A DNA stretch of 64,000 bases from Eledone cirrhosa (taxonomy: Eukaryota), in the NCBI GenBank assembly GCA_964016885.1, contig OZ024741.1, positions 42,966,001 through 43,030,000 of the forward strand. The letters are read 5' to 3'. The notes under the pieces were generated by a model that saw nothing but the letters and a program-made list of their open reading frames with translations, was not told the origin of the DNA and did no database searches. The position numbers were made by a program, and so were the translations under genes. Position 1 is the first letter of the stretch. Every line of letters begins with the position of its first letter. Of the stretch, positions 27,096 through 41,153 are shown one piece after another.

Positions 27096-28368
27096 GGTAT
27101 TTCATTCTGTTTACAATTTCCTATTATATGTCTATGTATTATTACCTGATGTTTGCATCCATTGTTCTCACTTTAGTGACGTTAGTTGTCAACCTATTAA
27201 TATCGGTTTGGTGTCCCCGACACTTCATTGGACCACGTTGCCCACTGGTGCGTGGATTAGGCCCATTCCAGGCTCATCGGCTATGGGAGAATACTCTGAC
27301 AGAAAACTAACCCCTGATTTCAACATGATAGTTCAAGCAAGAAGTGGTCACGTAAATTACCAAGAAACGTGTTCCACGGCAATGGTGATTACTCACTGGA
27401 TGCTGCTACTGTCTGATCGATGAAGGATAGCATTCTACGTGAGGCGAATATTCTGAAAAATTCAGGATCTCAAGGACCGGACAAGGCTTCAGAAAGATGC
27501 ATGAAATATTTTCTACTTCGAGCGCAGTAAACCAAATACTAATATGCAACCCCGTCTGTAATCTCATACTGTCCCGGCAGGGCATTGTGGAATTACTGAA
27601 AAACCTACTGATAATATAGTGGCTTAAATAACTGAATAAATCTAGCATAATCTCTTTCTAAACATCTTGGTATTCCACAGATGATTCAACCACAAAGATC
27701 GTGCTTTTGTCAAACTAGAATATTCCTTACGCTGGCGACATTGATCTTAATAGAATATGGCTTCGGAACACAAACGCTGTCTCGAAATTCACCCATACCT
27801 AGTTATATTGTGCGTAATGTTAATCGTGTCATGCCAAAATAAACACTAGACATAGACTAGATAAGGCTGTGATATATTCTAACTTTATATTTGATAGAAA
27901 TTTGAGCAATCTATTATATTATTCTATTTGGAATCTGACTTAGATAATTTATTACTTGAAACACTTGTCATCGAAAGCCTTTTAATCTAAGTATAAAGGA
28001 CATGTTATAAAAACACCTTCAATGATTTGAAACGACATCACGTTTTCTTTGTATTAAAAGATAGTATTAGATTGACTGGGCACATCAATTACTTCGAATA
28101 TTTATTTTCGTGTAACATACAACCTCTCCTGCAGACAATAACCAGGAAGCAAAATTGTTTTCTCCGCTTTGTAAAAGGCATTGGATGGTTTTGATAATGG
28201 ATTCGAATATTTGGAGTGGAATGGAATAGACCACCATTTGTTTCGACTATGGGTCTTCCAACAATTTGATTAATGGAACAGCTTTCTCAAGAAATTAATG
28301 TGTTATTGTTTGGGTATTCCACAGGTACAGGTTCTTCGTAACATGGCTGGTTCTTTATACTGCATGTC

Positions 28369-28504
28369 TAGTCCATCTGACGGCCTAGTCCATCAGACGG
28401 CCCAGTCTATCTGACGAGCTAGTCCATCTGACAGCCCAGTCTATGTAATGGGCTATTCCATCTGATGGGCTAGTCCACTTGACAGGCTAGTCCATCTGAC
28501 GAGC
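28369..28504. repeat. 17-bp minisatellite x8
   Basis: Consensus tagtccatctgacggcc repeated 8 times with substitutions. Confidence 0.9.
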
Positions 28505-30429
28505 TTCAAAACAGTTTCTGTCTACCCAGTTTAACTCACAAGACTTAGATTGACCTGAGGTAAATAACCCATGCCCAAGATGTAACACAATGTTAAAGAA
28601 CCATGACTCTATGACTGGAAAGCAAACTTCGAAATCATTCGACTATACTGTGCTCCCTCAGAGATTTCAAAGTGAGAAACAAATACATAAAGAATAGAAT
28701 ATAATTAAACGTGTAAGAGATTGCCGCCTACATCTTTCTAGATAATCTCATACAACGATATTGCTCTACCTACTGAGTTAATACAGAGTCGAAAACAACC
28801 CATAACGTTGCTGGGCTCACGAATATTGAGGATTATCTGATATCCTGATAAGAATATAATCCTCGAATAAATGATCTACAAATCCACCACCAGAACAGCC
28901 TCATAATACATCGTAACTTATGTCCTTCAACAATAAAACGATTACAGTTCTTCCCACCACATAAGTAAGTTAACTGAGGAATGTATGGGCTTCGTAATAT
29001 TCCAGAATTATATTGATGCTACACGTGTCTTTGGAATGATCAGCCATTTACGCGTTAATTTTACGGCCAGGCTATTTCATGTACAGGATTATTGGCACTC
29101 ACATCGTCGAAAACAACGGAGGTCCGTTTCAGAGGAAAAGTTATCTTTACTTTGTTTATATCGGCAGGTTGTGATGTGGGAGTGTGTGTGTGAGAGAGAC
29201 AGAAAGAGAGAGAGATAGATAGATAGAGAGAGAGGGAGGGAGTCAGAGTGTGATAGAGAGAGTGGGAGTGAGAGAAAGATGGAGATAGTGGGTGAGAGAA
29301 AAAGAGGGAGAGCGAGTGGGAGAGAGAGAAAGGGGGAGATAGTGTGAGAGAGAGGGAGTGGGAGAAAGGAAGAGAGCGAGAAAGAAAGAGATGTAAAGAG
29401 ACAGTGGGTGAAAGAGAAAGAGTGGGAGGAAAAGAAAGAAAATGAGAGACTGTTGAATTGTCCACACAGCGGTCCCGCCATTGATTCACTAACACAATGT
29501 AGTATAAATAGGTTAAACGATCACTGATTGAACATTGAACAAAATAATAATGGCGGATTTTGTTTATTTCGTCTTGCGTCCTTTGCAGCAGAATAACACA
29601 TATATAATTTTATTCTTCAACAACACCAACAAACACAGCGGTTCAGACTTCATTGGTCTTTTTTTTATTTAATGTTAAGATGAAAGACATCTAGAAGAAA
29701 AGAACAGAAAATAGATTTCTGGAAAATATCAAAAAAGCAACAACAAAAAAACAAAATAGAAACGACCATCAAAATGTCAATATCAGCAACACCTGCATTA
29801 GAAATGACAAAATAAAAAGTAAAATAATATTCAATAGAAAATAATTATAGGATATAAAGTTAAAATGAAAATATATTCATATATTATGAATGACTTCTAA
29901 TCTAATAATGACAATAAATATAATAATAATGCTTTCTTTTCTTAGCCACAAGGGCGTAGGTGTTAGAGACAATACAACGATGGAAAACAAAAGAAATAAC
30001 GAACGAAAAATGGGAGCGAATTTAATTCGAAAATAATTATCGGGATCAACAATAACGATGAAGTTGAAATGACAATAATATATCGCGTTTTAATTTAGGC
30101 GAAAGACTAACAAAATGTGTTTTCGCTGTTAAAGTACCGAAAGGTATTTGTGAGTGAATAACAACAATATTATAATATCATTATAATTGGTGTTACGAAA
30201 GCAGAATATATCGACTCACTACGTATGTTTTCATACCCGGTACTTATTGTAAAGTTATCGATTTGGCTGAACAGCTAAGTTATGGGAAACAGGCACAGGT
30301 ACAATCGTGAATATATTCTCCCCCCCCCCCCTCTCTCACTCATTTATTCTCTATCTGCCCAAGCGCAGAAATGATGTAAAGATAGCTTATACAATAGGGT
30401 GGAGACTGAAAACCATTAAAAGAAGGAAA

Positions 30430-30547
30430 AAGAATTTGCCAACAACCGCTATGGGAAATTGAACCAGATAACTTCCAGATATCTTCTAGCCGCTAACTGG
30501 AAACAACGGTGTTCAATTTCTCATAGCGGTCGTTGGTAAATTCTTTT
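30430..30547. repeat. Short hairpin/inverted repeat
   Basis: aagaatttgccaacaaccgctatgggaaattgaac pairs with gttcaatttctcatagcggtcgttggtaaattctt. Confidence 0.75.
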
Positions 30548-30644
30548 AACGGCTTTGCTTTATTTTATATACTATATTTATAGTCGCTTAAGCGTTTTCT
30601 TTAAATATAAAATATAAAAAGCTGAAAATTCGGCTTCGTATATT

Positions 30645-30681
<37 letters not shown>

Positions 30682-30802
30682 GGAGGTGAGTTTTATTGAA
30701 GCACAATAAAGCAATGCAAATATCGTATAAATTGCACTCAACAGTTTGTAGGACTGGAGTATAGATAATATAAGATCAAAAGATGGTTAAAAGAGTTCCA
30801 TG

Positions 30803-30873
30803 TATTTTATTATGCGCATTTCAAAAACAAATATCATCATGGGATGATATTTGCGTTCTCATCAGATAAAATA
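30803..30873 (-). ncRNA. Type I hammerhead ribozyme
   Basis: tattttat-CTGATGA-gaacgcaaatatcatc ccat gatgatatttgttttt-GAAA-tgcgca-TA-ataaaata. Confidence 0.88.
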
Positions 30874-32046
30874 GGGAGACATGATATGAAACTTAAAAAA
30901 CACTTGCGAGCAGTGAAGTGTAAAATCAACATATGAAAAATAAAATAAGATGGATATATGAGATCGGGAAAACAAGAAGGAAGGGGGATTAGGAAAAGGT
31001 AAGGAAGAGGAAGAAAGAAAATAATAAGAACAAAATATATAATAATAAGGAAAGGATGACGGAGGAGGAGTATAAGAAGGAAGGATGAGAGAGGAGGAGA
31101 AATGAGTGAGAGAGAGATATATATAACCTGTAATACTGAGAAACTCTGTCTCACAGAGAGAAATAAAAAAAAAAACCGTTGTAAGATAATACATAATTTA
31201 AAAAAATGTTGAAAAAATGTTGAAAAAGTTTTCTCTTTTAATTTCTAATCTTTAATCTGCAACTTTTACTTCTTAATTCATATTATAACTCACTATAGCA
31301 TTTTCTTTATATTCTTGGCCCTACACATTTTATTTTTAATATATACTAATATTACCATTAGTAAATTTTGTAAATATATATATATATTTTTTTTTTAGGT
31401 TATATATTTTTTCTTCCTTGAATTTTCTACTTTCTTCTCTGCTTCCGTGCTCGTATTCAACCTATTATTTACTTTTTCCTATTACAATACATAGAAACAA
31501 ACTTGGACCCTAACTAATTCCTCTAAGTTCATAATTCATTTAAACTTCTCTTCATTCACCTTATCTCCTTAATATTTGTTATTTTAATAATACGTTTTAA
31601 TAAATTTCTTTTCGCACATATTATTAAACCCTTCAATATATAAACCTTAAATAAATATTATTCTTAATTCCTTTATCTTTAATCATAATCATCACCATTC
31701 ATAAACCTCATTAACTTTTAATTTCAATATTTTTTTAAATTATCTTACAACGGCTTTTTTAAATTTCTCTCTGTGAGACAGAGTTTCTCAATATTAAAGG
31801 TTAACTCTCTCTCTCTCATTCATTTCTCCTCCTCTCTCATCCTTCCTTCTTATACTCCTCCTCCGTCATCCTTTCCTTATTATATTTTTTTTTCTTATTA
31901 TTTTCTTTCTTCCTCTTCCTTACCTTTTCCTTCCCCCTTCCTTCTTTTTTTCTCAATCTCATATATCCATCTTATTTTATTTTTCATATGTTGATTTAAC
32001 ACTTCACTGCTCGCAAGTGTTTTTTAAGCTTCATATCATGTCTCCC

Positions 32047-32117
32047 TATTTTATCTGACGAGAACGCAAATATCATCCCATGATGATATTTGTTTTTGAA
32101 ATGCGCATAATAAAATA
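32047..32117 (+). ncRNA. Type I hammerhead ribozyme
   Basis: tattttat-CTGACGA-gaacgcaaatatcatc ccat gatgatatttgttttt-GAAA-tgcgca-TA-ataaaata. It differs from its mirror copy at the free N7 position. Confidence 0.88.
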
Positions 32118-32250
32118 CATGGAACTCTTTTAACCATCTTTTGATCTTATATTATATATATATATATATGGTGAGGCTTCCAAAACGACCAAATTTATAT
32201 TTATATATATATATATATATATTGAGGCTTCCAAAACGACCAAATTTATA

Positions 32251-32303
<53 letters not shown>

Positions 32304-32873
32304 TTAGTCGTTTTGGAAGCCTCAACAATGCAGGTGGGTAAATCTCCGCGTAACAGAATCCGGTGGTAAAGAGAGAGATGTAACAGCAAATGTAGAGTGA
32401 GACGTATAGTGTGTAGAGGCACGTAGGAAAGAGCGTAACAATAAAAATAATAACACGAGGTAGAGATTTAATTGTCCTTGTATTTTGAATTTCGCATCCA
32501 TCAACTGGGGGGTTTTCCGAGGGGGGAAATTATCTGCCGCAGAGGAACGGTGCGTGGCCTCTGTTGTCCGATATATATATATATATATACACAGTGGTAG
32601 CTTACCCATTATGCAAATTTGAAAGGTATCAAAACAATCTCATGTAACAGTTATTCGATTTGTTGGCGTGAAACAGTGTTTGAATATAAATAAAAATGAA
32701 GTTTTGTTTTTGGTTTTGATATACTTGCCATCGAAGAGATGTTTGCATTTCAGTATCAGGTAACTACAACAACGCAACGGATAACAGATCCATAACGATT
32801 TTTTTATGCAGTTGAACTGTACAAATGGGTATGATGTAATGAAATAAACTGATACTATCTCCCTTTCTTTTCG

Positions 32874-32932
<59 letters not shown>

Positions 32933-33240
32933 TATGTATGAGTGTGATTGGCTTGACTCAGGTATCAATCTGTTCATTAGGTGTGGTGATTTGGCTAAAA
33001 ACAACATTCCACGTCTGATGAACAAACAGATCGATAACGGAGTCAAGTTCATTAAACTTATATGGATCGTGAGCCAATCAACTGCGAAACGTAAATAATG
33101 ATCGATGATCACTAGAAACTAAAAGTGTTACATTTAATATATTCATTCTTCTATAACATTGACTTGGTTTAGAGGTACCTACTCCAGCAATAAAAAAAAT
33201 TATTGAACAACATATACTACACACACACACATATATACAT

Positions 33241-33301
<61 letters not shown>

Positions 33302-33425
33302 GAGAGAGAGAGAGGGGGAGAGAGAGTCGAGTGCTCCATTGAATAATGGTGTAACTAGCATAATACTGGTTCAATCTTGATATACACATGCGTATGTACA
33401 TACACATACACACACGCGCACACGG

Positions 33426-33463
<38 letters not shown>

Positions 33464-33872
33464 GATTTTTGCTTCAACTAAACACAGAGAAGCAATACAC
33501 GAGTTGGTTTCAGTCTGGGATGTCTGAGAAATTTCTATTATCTTTGATTGTGGTACTTACAATATCTAGCTCATTATGAAAAGCCACATCAAGTTGTTGT
33601 ATGATTAAATAATGCCTTGAAGTTTTGGCCGATTTTAAACTGTGACTATATTAAGAAGCCAGAAGCTGAATTAAATTTGTTTTCATCACAGAAAATATAA
33701 AATAAAAGACAAATGCATCAAGTAAAATAATTCAATGAAACAGATGCAGTGCTTAATACTATAAGGTATAGAATTGCTCGAAGATTTACAGTACATTTTC
33801 AACAACAACAACAACACAATTACCACCACCAACAACAGCAATGACATCAGCAATATCAACAATAACGATAAT

Positions 33873-34212
33873 GGGTTCTGATTTAGGCACAAGGCCAACA
33901 ATTTAGAGGGTGGGTAAAGTCGATTAGATTGAGCACGCTCTTTACCGGCACTTTATTTCATCGACTCTCGAATGATGAAAGGCAAAGTTGGCCCCAACGG
34001 ATTCGAACTCAAAACGTGAAAGTCGTAACTATATGTCACAAAGAAGTTTGTCCGCCGCTCTACTGATACTGCCAATCCAACGAATAATTATAATTATAAT
34101 AATAATGGTTTCTTATTTAGGCATACGGTCAGCAATTTTCGGGGAAAGGGAAAGTCGATTAAATCGGCCCTGGTGCCTGACTGGTACTTTATTTTACCGC
34201 CTTCGTAAGGAC
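33873..34212 (-). mobile_element. Two adjacent SINE copies
   Basis: ggcacaaggcca..., actttatt..atcgac..gatgaaaggcaaagtt..gattcgaac. Confidence 0.7.
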
Positions 34213-34214
34213 GA

Positions 34215-34560
34215 ATAATAATAAAAGATTCAGTTGTACATTTGATACTCATATAGAAGGAAAAGAAGTAAAATGCAGAAACCAACGATACTTTGAAGTA
34301 AGAATGTGGAACATGAAAAAGGTGGAAGTGATACCAATAGTTGTTAATGCCTTAGGCACGATCAGAAGGAATTTTGATGAATTGATAAAGAATCTAAAAT
34401 TGAAAATTTTCCAAAGAAAATGCTTGTTTTGAACGACTGGGCTAATACGAAAGGTATTGGATATAAACTGAAGGAAACAACATCAAGATAGTTAAGACCA
34501 TTGGATATGGTCTGATATCTTGACTAAACCAGGAACTAAGATAAATCCTGATGGAGAACA
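34215..34560 (+). mobile_element. R4/Dong-type LINE 3' end (RLE domain C-terminus)
   Basis: Degenerate MWNMKKVEVIPIVVNALGTI...TTGLIRKVLDI. Confidence 0.6.
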
Positions 34561-34739
34561 TGATAATAATTGTTTCTACTTTTGGCACAAGGCCAGCAAT
34601 TACCCAGTACATTACTGGTACTTTATTTTATAGAACCCGTAAGGATGAAAGGCAAAGCCAACTGCGACAGCTTACTCTGAACCCACGTTCAGAGATAGCT
34701 TTCGAAACGGCCGGAGCTCAGCCCCCGGGGTACGGACTC

Positions 34740-34814
<75 letters not shown>

Positions 34815-34859
34815 CGTAAAGTAAGAAAATTATAAAATTAACTTACTTACTAAAATATC

Positions 34860-34941
34860 ACTTCCAACTAATTAGTTTCTGGAATGGAGTAAATATATTT
34901 TCCGAAGAAGATATAAAGAAACATTCCGTCGTCAGGGAAGT
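34860..34941 (-). ncRNA. Type I hammerhead ribozyme (522-bp family)
   Basis: Reverse complement of the 35608-35689 motif. Confidence 0.82.
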
Positions 34942-35607
34942 CTATTCCTACCTAAGTTTCCAGACAAAGCGAGGACTCCGGAAACTTATTAAAAAAAAAA
35001 TTCACTGGATAGGAAATAGCAAAGCGTGGACTGAATTCCTATCCATTGAGAAAATCACTGCCTCTGCGTCTGTGGCAAATTCAAAAAGAACCAATCACGT
35101 GACATCGAGGTCAATCAGTGGAAAGTGGTTTGCTAATAAGACAGCGGCCTGCCTACTACCATAGCAGCAGTCATGGCCAATATTGCTCGACAAATAATTT
35201 GGAGATAATTATAAAGAATTAATATCTAGTAACATATATATACATACAGATGCAAATCGATGCTAGCAAATATATAGGTTTTGTCTTAGTAACATTGTGG
35301 TTCAATGTATATATATGTTACTAGATATTAATTCTTTATAATTATCTCCAAATTATTTGTCGAGCAATATTGGCCATGACTGCTGCTATGGTAGTAGGCA
35401 GGCCGCTGTCTTATTAGCAAACCAGTTTCCACTGATTGACCTCGATGTCACGGGATTGATTCTTTTTGAATTTGCCACAGTCGCAGAGGCAGTGATTTTC
35501 TCAATGGCTAGTAATTCAGTCCACGCTTTGCTATTTCCTATTCACTGAATTATTTTTTAATAAGTTTCCAGAGTCCTCGCTTTGCCTGGAAACTTAGCTG
35601 AGAATAG

Positions 35608-35689
35608 ACTTCCCTGACGACGGAATGTTTCTTGATATCTTCTTCGGAAAATATATTTACTGCATTCCAGAAACTAATTAGTTGGAAGT
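35608..35689 (+). ncRNA. Type I hammerhead ribozyme (522-bp family)
   Basis: acttcc-CTGACGA-c ggaatg...cattcc a-GAAA-ctaattag-TT-ggaagt. Confidence 0.85.
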
Positions 35690-36129
35690 GATATTTTAGT
35701 AAGTAAGTTAATTTTATAATTTTCTTATTTTACGTCTCTCATATTATTGTTCTGCAACCCCATGCATTGAACCACAAAGTTACTAATACAAAACCTATAT
35801 ATTTGCTAGCATCGATATGCATCTGTATGTATATATATGTTACTAGATATTAATTCTTTATAATTATCTCCAAATTATTTGTCGAGCAATATTGGCCATG
35901 ACTGCTGCTATGGTAGTAGGCAGGCCGCTGTCTTATTAGCAAACCACTTTCCACTGATTGACCTCGATGTCACGTGATTGATTCTTTTTGAATTTGCCAC
36001 AGACGCAGACGAAGTGATTTTGTCAATGGCTAGGAATTCAGTCCACGCTTTGCTATTTCCTATCCACTGAATTATTTTTTAATAAGTTTCCAGAGTCCTC
36101 GCTTTGCCTGGAAACTTAGGTAGGAATAG

Positions 36130-36211
36130 ACTTCCCTGACGACGGAATGTTTCTTTATATCTTCTTCGGAAAATATATTTACTCCATTCCAGAAACTAAT
36201 TAGTTGGAAGT
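36130..36211 (+). ncRNA. Type I hammerhead ribozyme (522-bp family)
   Basis: Same motif 522 bp downstream. Confidence 0.85.
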
Positions 36212-36404
36212 GATATGTTAGTAAGTAAGTTAATTTTATAATTTTCTTATTTTACGTCTCTCATATTATTGTTCTGCAACCCCATGCATTGAACCACAAT
36301 GTTACTAAGACAAAACCTATATATTTGCTAGCATCGATATGCATCTGTATGTATATATATGTTACTAGATATTAATTCTTTATATATATATAGATAGATA
36401 GATT

Positions 36405-36465
<61 letters not shown>

Positions 36466-36837
36466 CGAGTGTGGTATAAAGAATATTGCCTAGATAATTA
36501 CCAGGAGTGGAACAGAGAATTCAAATGAAAATGGCAGTAGTCCAGTCAAACTATAATGCCATGTTAGAAACTAAATAAATGTCTAATGAACTAAATTTGG
36601 ATAGAAAAAAAATTGCTGAATACTACTGTAACAGGAAAGATAATATACTGAGTTTGTATCGAATTCCTTTAAACTTAATTTAGCTGCGATGTTAGGTTTG
36701 AGAACAAATGCTATATTTAATGCATTGCTGTTGCTGTTGTTTTTGGCATAACAGTTGAGCCTCATGTCACCAATTATCACGCAGTCATCTCATCAAATGT
36801 ATTCCGGCAGTGCCAACTTATATATTTATTCAGATAT

Positions 36838-37022
36838 AACTGTTTCTAATTTAGGCACAAGACCAGCAATTACGCAGTACATTACTGGTACTTTATTTTA
36901 TCGACCCCGTAAGGATGAAAGGCAAAGTTAACCTCGGCGGGATTTGAACGCAGACTGTAAAGGGACGTAACTATGCTAGAAAGCATGGCGTCCAACCCTC
37001 TACCGATGCTGCCAATTCACCG
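36838..37022 (-). mobile_element. SINE copy
   Basis: ggcacaagaccagcaatt..ctggtactttattttatcgaccccgtaaggatgaaaggcaaagttaacctcggcgggatttgaac. Other copies lie at ~34563, ~40180, ~45765 (+) and ~59020. Confidence 0.75.
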
Positions 37023-37056
37023 ATATATATATATATGTGTATATATATATATATAT

Positions 37057-37280
37057 GAAGGCACGTAGCTGAGTGCCTAGAGAATTGGTTTCGCAGTCGT
37101 GAGATGTGAGTTTGGTTTCTAGACTGGGCGATGCGTTATGTCCTTGACCACGACACTTTATTTTATGTTGCTCCTTCTACCTACAGTTGCGATCAATAGA
37201 TAGGATTAGCAATTGGAAAAACCAACGGAAACATTGTTTCCTCGATCCGATTTGACGAAAGTCGATCGATCCTAAAACTG
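37057..37280 (+). mobile_element. tRNA-headed SINE remnant
   Basis: A-box-like gtagctgagtg followed by a gtccttgaccacgacactttat core-like segment. Confidence 0.45.
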
Positions 37281-37380
37281 TCCTAAAACTGTCGATATAT
37301 ATATACATATACTTATACATACATACAGGTATACATATACACATACATATTTATGTTTATATGTATACATATAAACATAA

Positions 37381-37514
<134 letters not shown>

Positions 37515-39439
37515 TATGATGCATGATGTATGATATATATGTATCTATGATGTATGTATCTATGATATGAGTATGTATATTTATTTATAATCAAATCGTA
37601 TAATCCAAAAAGAGAGCTCTGCGCTCGTACTAGACATTGTAACTATCTTCTTGGTCTTCACAATGTGATAGCTTCACACACACATTCATGGGAGGTAGAG
37701 ATAGAGAGGGACACACACACACGCCTCTCTCTGTAGGATAAAGAGTAACAATTATTTTCTTCTCAAAATTAAACTCTTATGTTACTTCAAATTTCGAAAT
37801 ACTTACCAAACCCATGTAGCCATAGAAACATCGTAAGAAGTATAAAAATGATCCCCTTTATCGAAGCTCTCCTCTAATTGAAGTTACTTACTGAAAGTTG
37901 ACAACATTCTAAGCTATTTTTCGAGCGTAAGGAAGTCTGCAAGTAAGAAAAGTCAACAATCCTAATTTACCAATCTATAGTATGGAGACTATTTCTCTTT
38001 CGACAGTCTAATTTGTTATTCTCAATAGACGCAACTACAAATCATCTTCTCTCACGTCAATGTAATTATATCCGCTAACTGAGATCCTACTGTTAAATAT
38101 TCAATTACCTATACGAATTCATGATGAATAAATTGATATATAATTTATCAGCTTTCAAGCAATATTTATGTGAGATTCTCTGATAACAGATATTTTGTGT
38201 CTGGCTAAGATATATTACACACCAGTATCGGAGCACCGTTTATATCATTCTAGTCCACCTAGCTAAAGATGAGTACTGGAAGCAACTGGGGTTAATCTAG
38301 GGGTAGACTAATGTTTGGTCGAATACAGGGTTACGGAGTGGTATTCTCAATCGGTTATATTCCCATAAAACTAGGATAATTATGAAGATTTAAAATCATA
38401 TGTAATCATAATTATCAGGAATAATTGTGAAGGTTTAATATTATATCTAATGCTACGCTGGAACCTCTGGACGTGAAATAATTAGTGTGATATGTCACTG
38501 GAGATTAAAGTGTCCACCACTAATCATATCAGTATAAACATCAATTTACGAAAATTTGGCAAAAAATTGGCACTTGCCTCGTATTTACTCATTTCTTTAT
38601 AACCAAGATTTGTTGAAAAATTAATTCATCAAGTTATACTTAGACTTCTTTCTTGCGTTCTTAAAATATTTCACAACATTTTATTTAACACTATAAAGTT
38701 CAAAGAAATGTCTTGTATTCCATGGTTGTTTGTGTGGATATAGATTACAGAACACATTTTCATTGTGTCAAAGACTGCTATTTAGCTACAACAAACATAT
38801 ATTGGGTTTTCATTAAATTCTGGAAAATTATATTGATTTTCCATTTCATAAGTTTTAGTTTGAGATCTCTTCTATAAAAAGGTCTTTTGTTCAAAGGAAT
38901 ATGACTTTATCGACGTGTCTTTGAAATACTGTATTTTATAATTCTCTTTCATACGTGTATGTTTCTCTTGAAACGAATGAGTCTCTTTATTGTTCAAAGT
39001 TAAGATTTGTAGCCACTTAAAATCACTTTCATCCATACTATATCTTTCAACAGTTCATATCAAGGAGATTTGTACCCCACTCACTCATATCTTTGATAAT
39101 ATATAAATAAACCTCTCAAAATTGGTACAAATGCATTGCCTAGAAATCACATGAAATTATGAAGTTATTCTCCTACATATTAATAAATGCTTGAAAATTT
39201 AATGTAGACTCTAGTGTTTTGGGTTTGTAATTGCTGACAAAAATTATTGAACTCAACTCCATTCTATAATAAAACTGTTATTTTGCTACAACAAATCTAC
39301 ATTTTGATTTGAGTAAAATTATATGGCTTGCATTGATTTGTGTCTCTTAATTTCTTACTGTGGACTCATAAAATCTTGGTTTAACATTAATCTTATTATA
39401 AAATACAGAATTTCATTATATATATATATATATATTTAA

Positions 39440-39860
39440 TACATTAACAGAGAAAGCTTTAAGCAATACTCCGACCGGCTTCCGTCTCACTCAACAAACA
39501 TTACGATATACCTTAGTATAATCCCAAGTATACTTTTGGGGTGCTAACTATACGTATTTTGCGGATAGCCAGTTGTATTATTTTATATGAGACATAATTA
39601 AATACATCTCTCTTTCCAAACGATCGTTTCATTATAAGTTTTCTACAAATTGAGATAATGATATCCAGGTTATGTAGAAGCCTACACATAGTCCATAGGA
39701 ATATATGTAGGTGGGCATTTATAAATCATCAGTGGATGCCCGACAATATCGATATAAAAGGAACCTTACCGATATTAATATTCAGCGATGGTACCCGTCC
39801 GTGCTAGGGTGACCGCCAAATTTGAAATTCCAGCAGTCTCACAATGAGAAATCTCACACC
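39440..39860 (-). mobile_element. Second copy of the 6760-7187 repeat with intact HHR core
   Basis: 39615-39736 (-): tcca-CTGATGA-tttataa...ttataat-GAAA-cgatcg-TT-tgga. Confidence 0.7.
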
Positions 39861-40457
39861 CTCACCAAGCGGGAAGGGAGGTCATCGCAAAACATAAAAT
39901 AATAAAATAATATGCACGCAGGTCAATTAATTCTTTCAATAATTTTAACCATGCGTGAAGAACTCAATTGGATATAAAAAAAAAAACTATAAATATATGC
40001 ATGTATTATTTATACACGCATATAGGTATTATCTTAGGCTAAAAACAGAGACAAGATACCGGAAAAACAATCAATATTTCATACGAAGAATAAATACAGA
40101 AAGTCATACCTAAAAAGTATCTGGAAATATTCATATATATATTATATATATTGTATATATATATTATATATATATATATATAAGTTAGGCACAAATATAG
40201 CAAATGTTGATGGCAGGGTAAAATAGATTAAATCAACTCAATTGCTTCACTGGGAGTTTTAATTATCGACCTCGGAGGGATAAAAGACAAAGTGGATCTT
40301 GGGATTTACACACAGGATGCAAGCTGTCAGAACAAATAGCGGAATGTTATTTTATCCGACGCTCTATAAATTCTGACAGTCCATCACCACCTACATACAC
40401 AATTATGGTAGTATCATACACACACACACGAACACACACACACACACACACACACAT

Positions 40458-40496
<39 letters not shown>

Positions 40497-41093
40497 GAAG
40501 TGGTACTAAACAGTTATTTCATCATACTGAGAACAATTGTTCTCGGTATGGGGAACTAACTATTGTCATCCCATGGACTGAGTGCTCTACCACTACGGAT
40601 ATTACCTTCCTCCGATCTACCTCTCTCCCTCTCTCTCTCTCTATATATATATATAGGAAAAGAGTCAGTGGTTTAGTTCGGATCTAGCTGTCGAAACGGC
40701 CGGAGCGCAGCCGTCAAAGTCCTGAATCTTTTCCTATTACCTGCACTACAACCCTAAGTATCGAGTACTCTGATGCGTTATGGCCCACCTGCTTTCATAC
40801 CATTCTTTCTTTGTTTTATATATATAAATTCTATCTCGGTATTCAGTACTAACTCTCTCGCTTGTCCATAACACACGGGTACACACACACAAGCAGACAC
40901 CCCCCATATATACGTATGTATATCATATTTAATACAGGATTAGAACTGTTTCATTTCTGATGATCTCTATTCAATGAAACAGTTCTCGTCCTGTAGAAGC
41001 CTTTTCTATATTATACACGATGTTTGCACTCGACTAATGTGTTGAGTACCTTACTCACTCTGTTTACTCCCGATTGAACTCACATATATGTAT

Positions 41094-41153
<60 letters not shown>

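Larger units (their letters stand above)
30763..32155. mobile_element. Fold-back HHR element (~440-bp arms) in (TA)n
   Basis: ~30763-31215 is the reverse complement of ~31723-32155. The left arm has an extra tail back to ~30680. Confidence 0.85.
34808..36381. mobile_element. 522-bp HHR unit: one inverted monomer plus a tandem dimer (retrozyme-like)
   Basis: The unit start gttactagat recurs at 35317, 35839 and 36361 (period 522). 34808-35307 is a minus-strand copy. Flanked by (TA)n, with no credible ORF. Confidence 0.9.

Noticed and set aside
33010-33130. CTGATGA at ~33015 with a downstream GAAA
   Set aside because: No convincing stem I/III pairing or NUH site could be built.
38560-39420. 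Non-repetitive AT-rich stretch that looks like decayed coding sequence on the minus strand
   Set aside because: There is no ORF of 60 aa or more and no recognisable motif. It would need a translated search.
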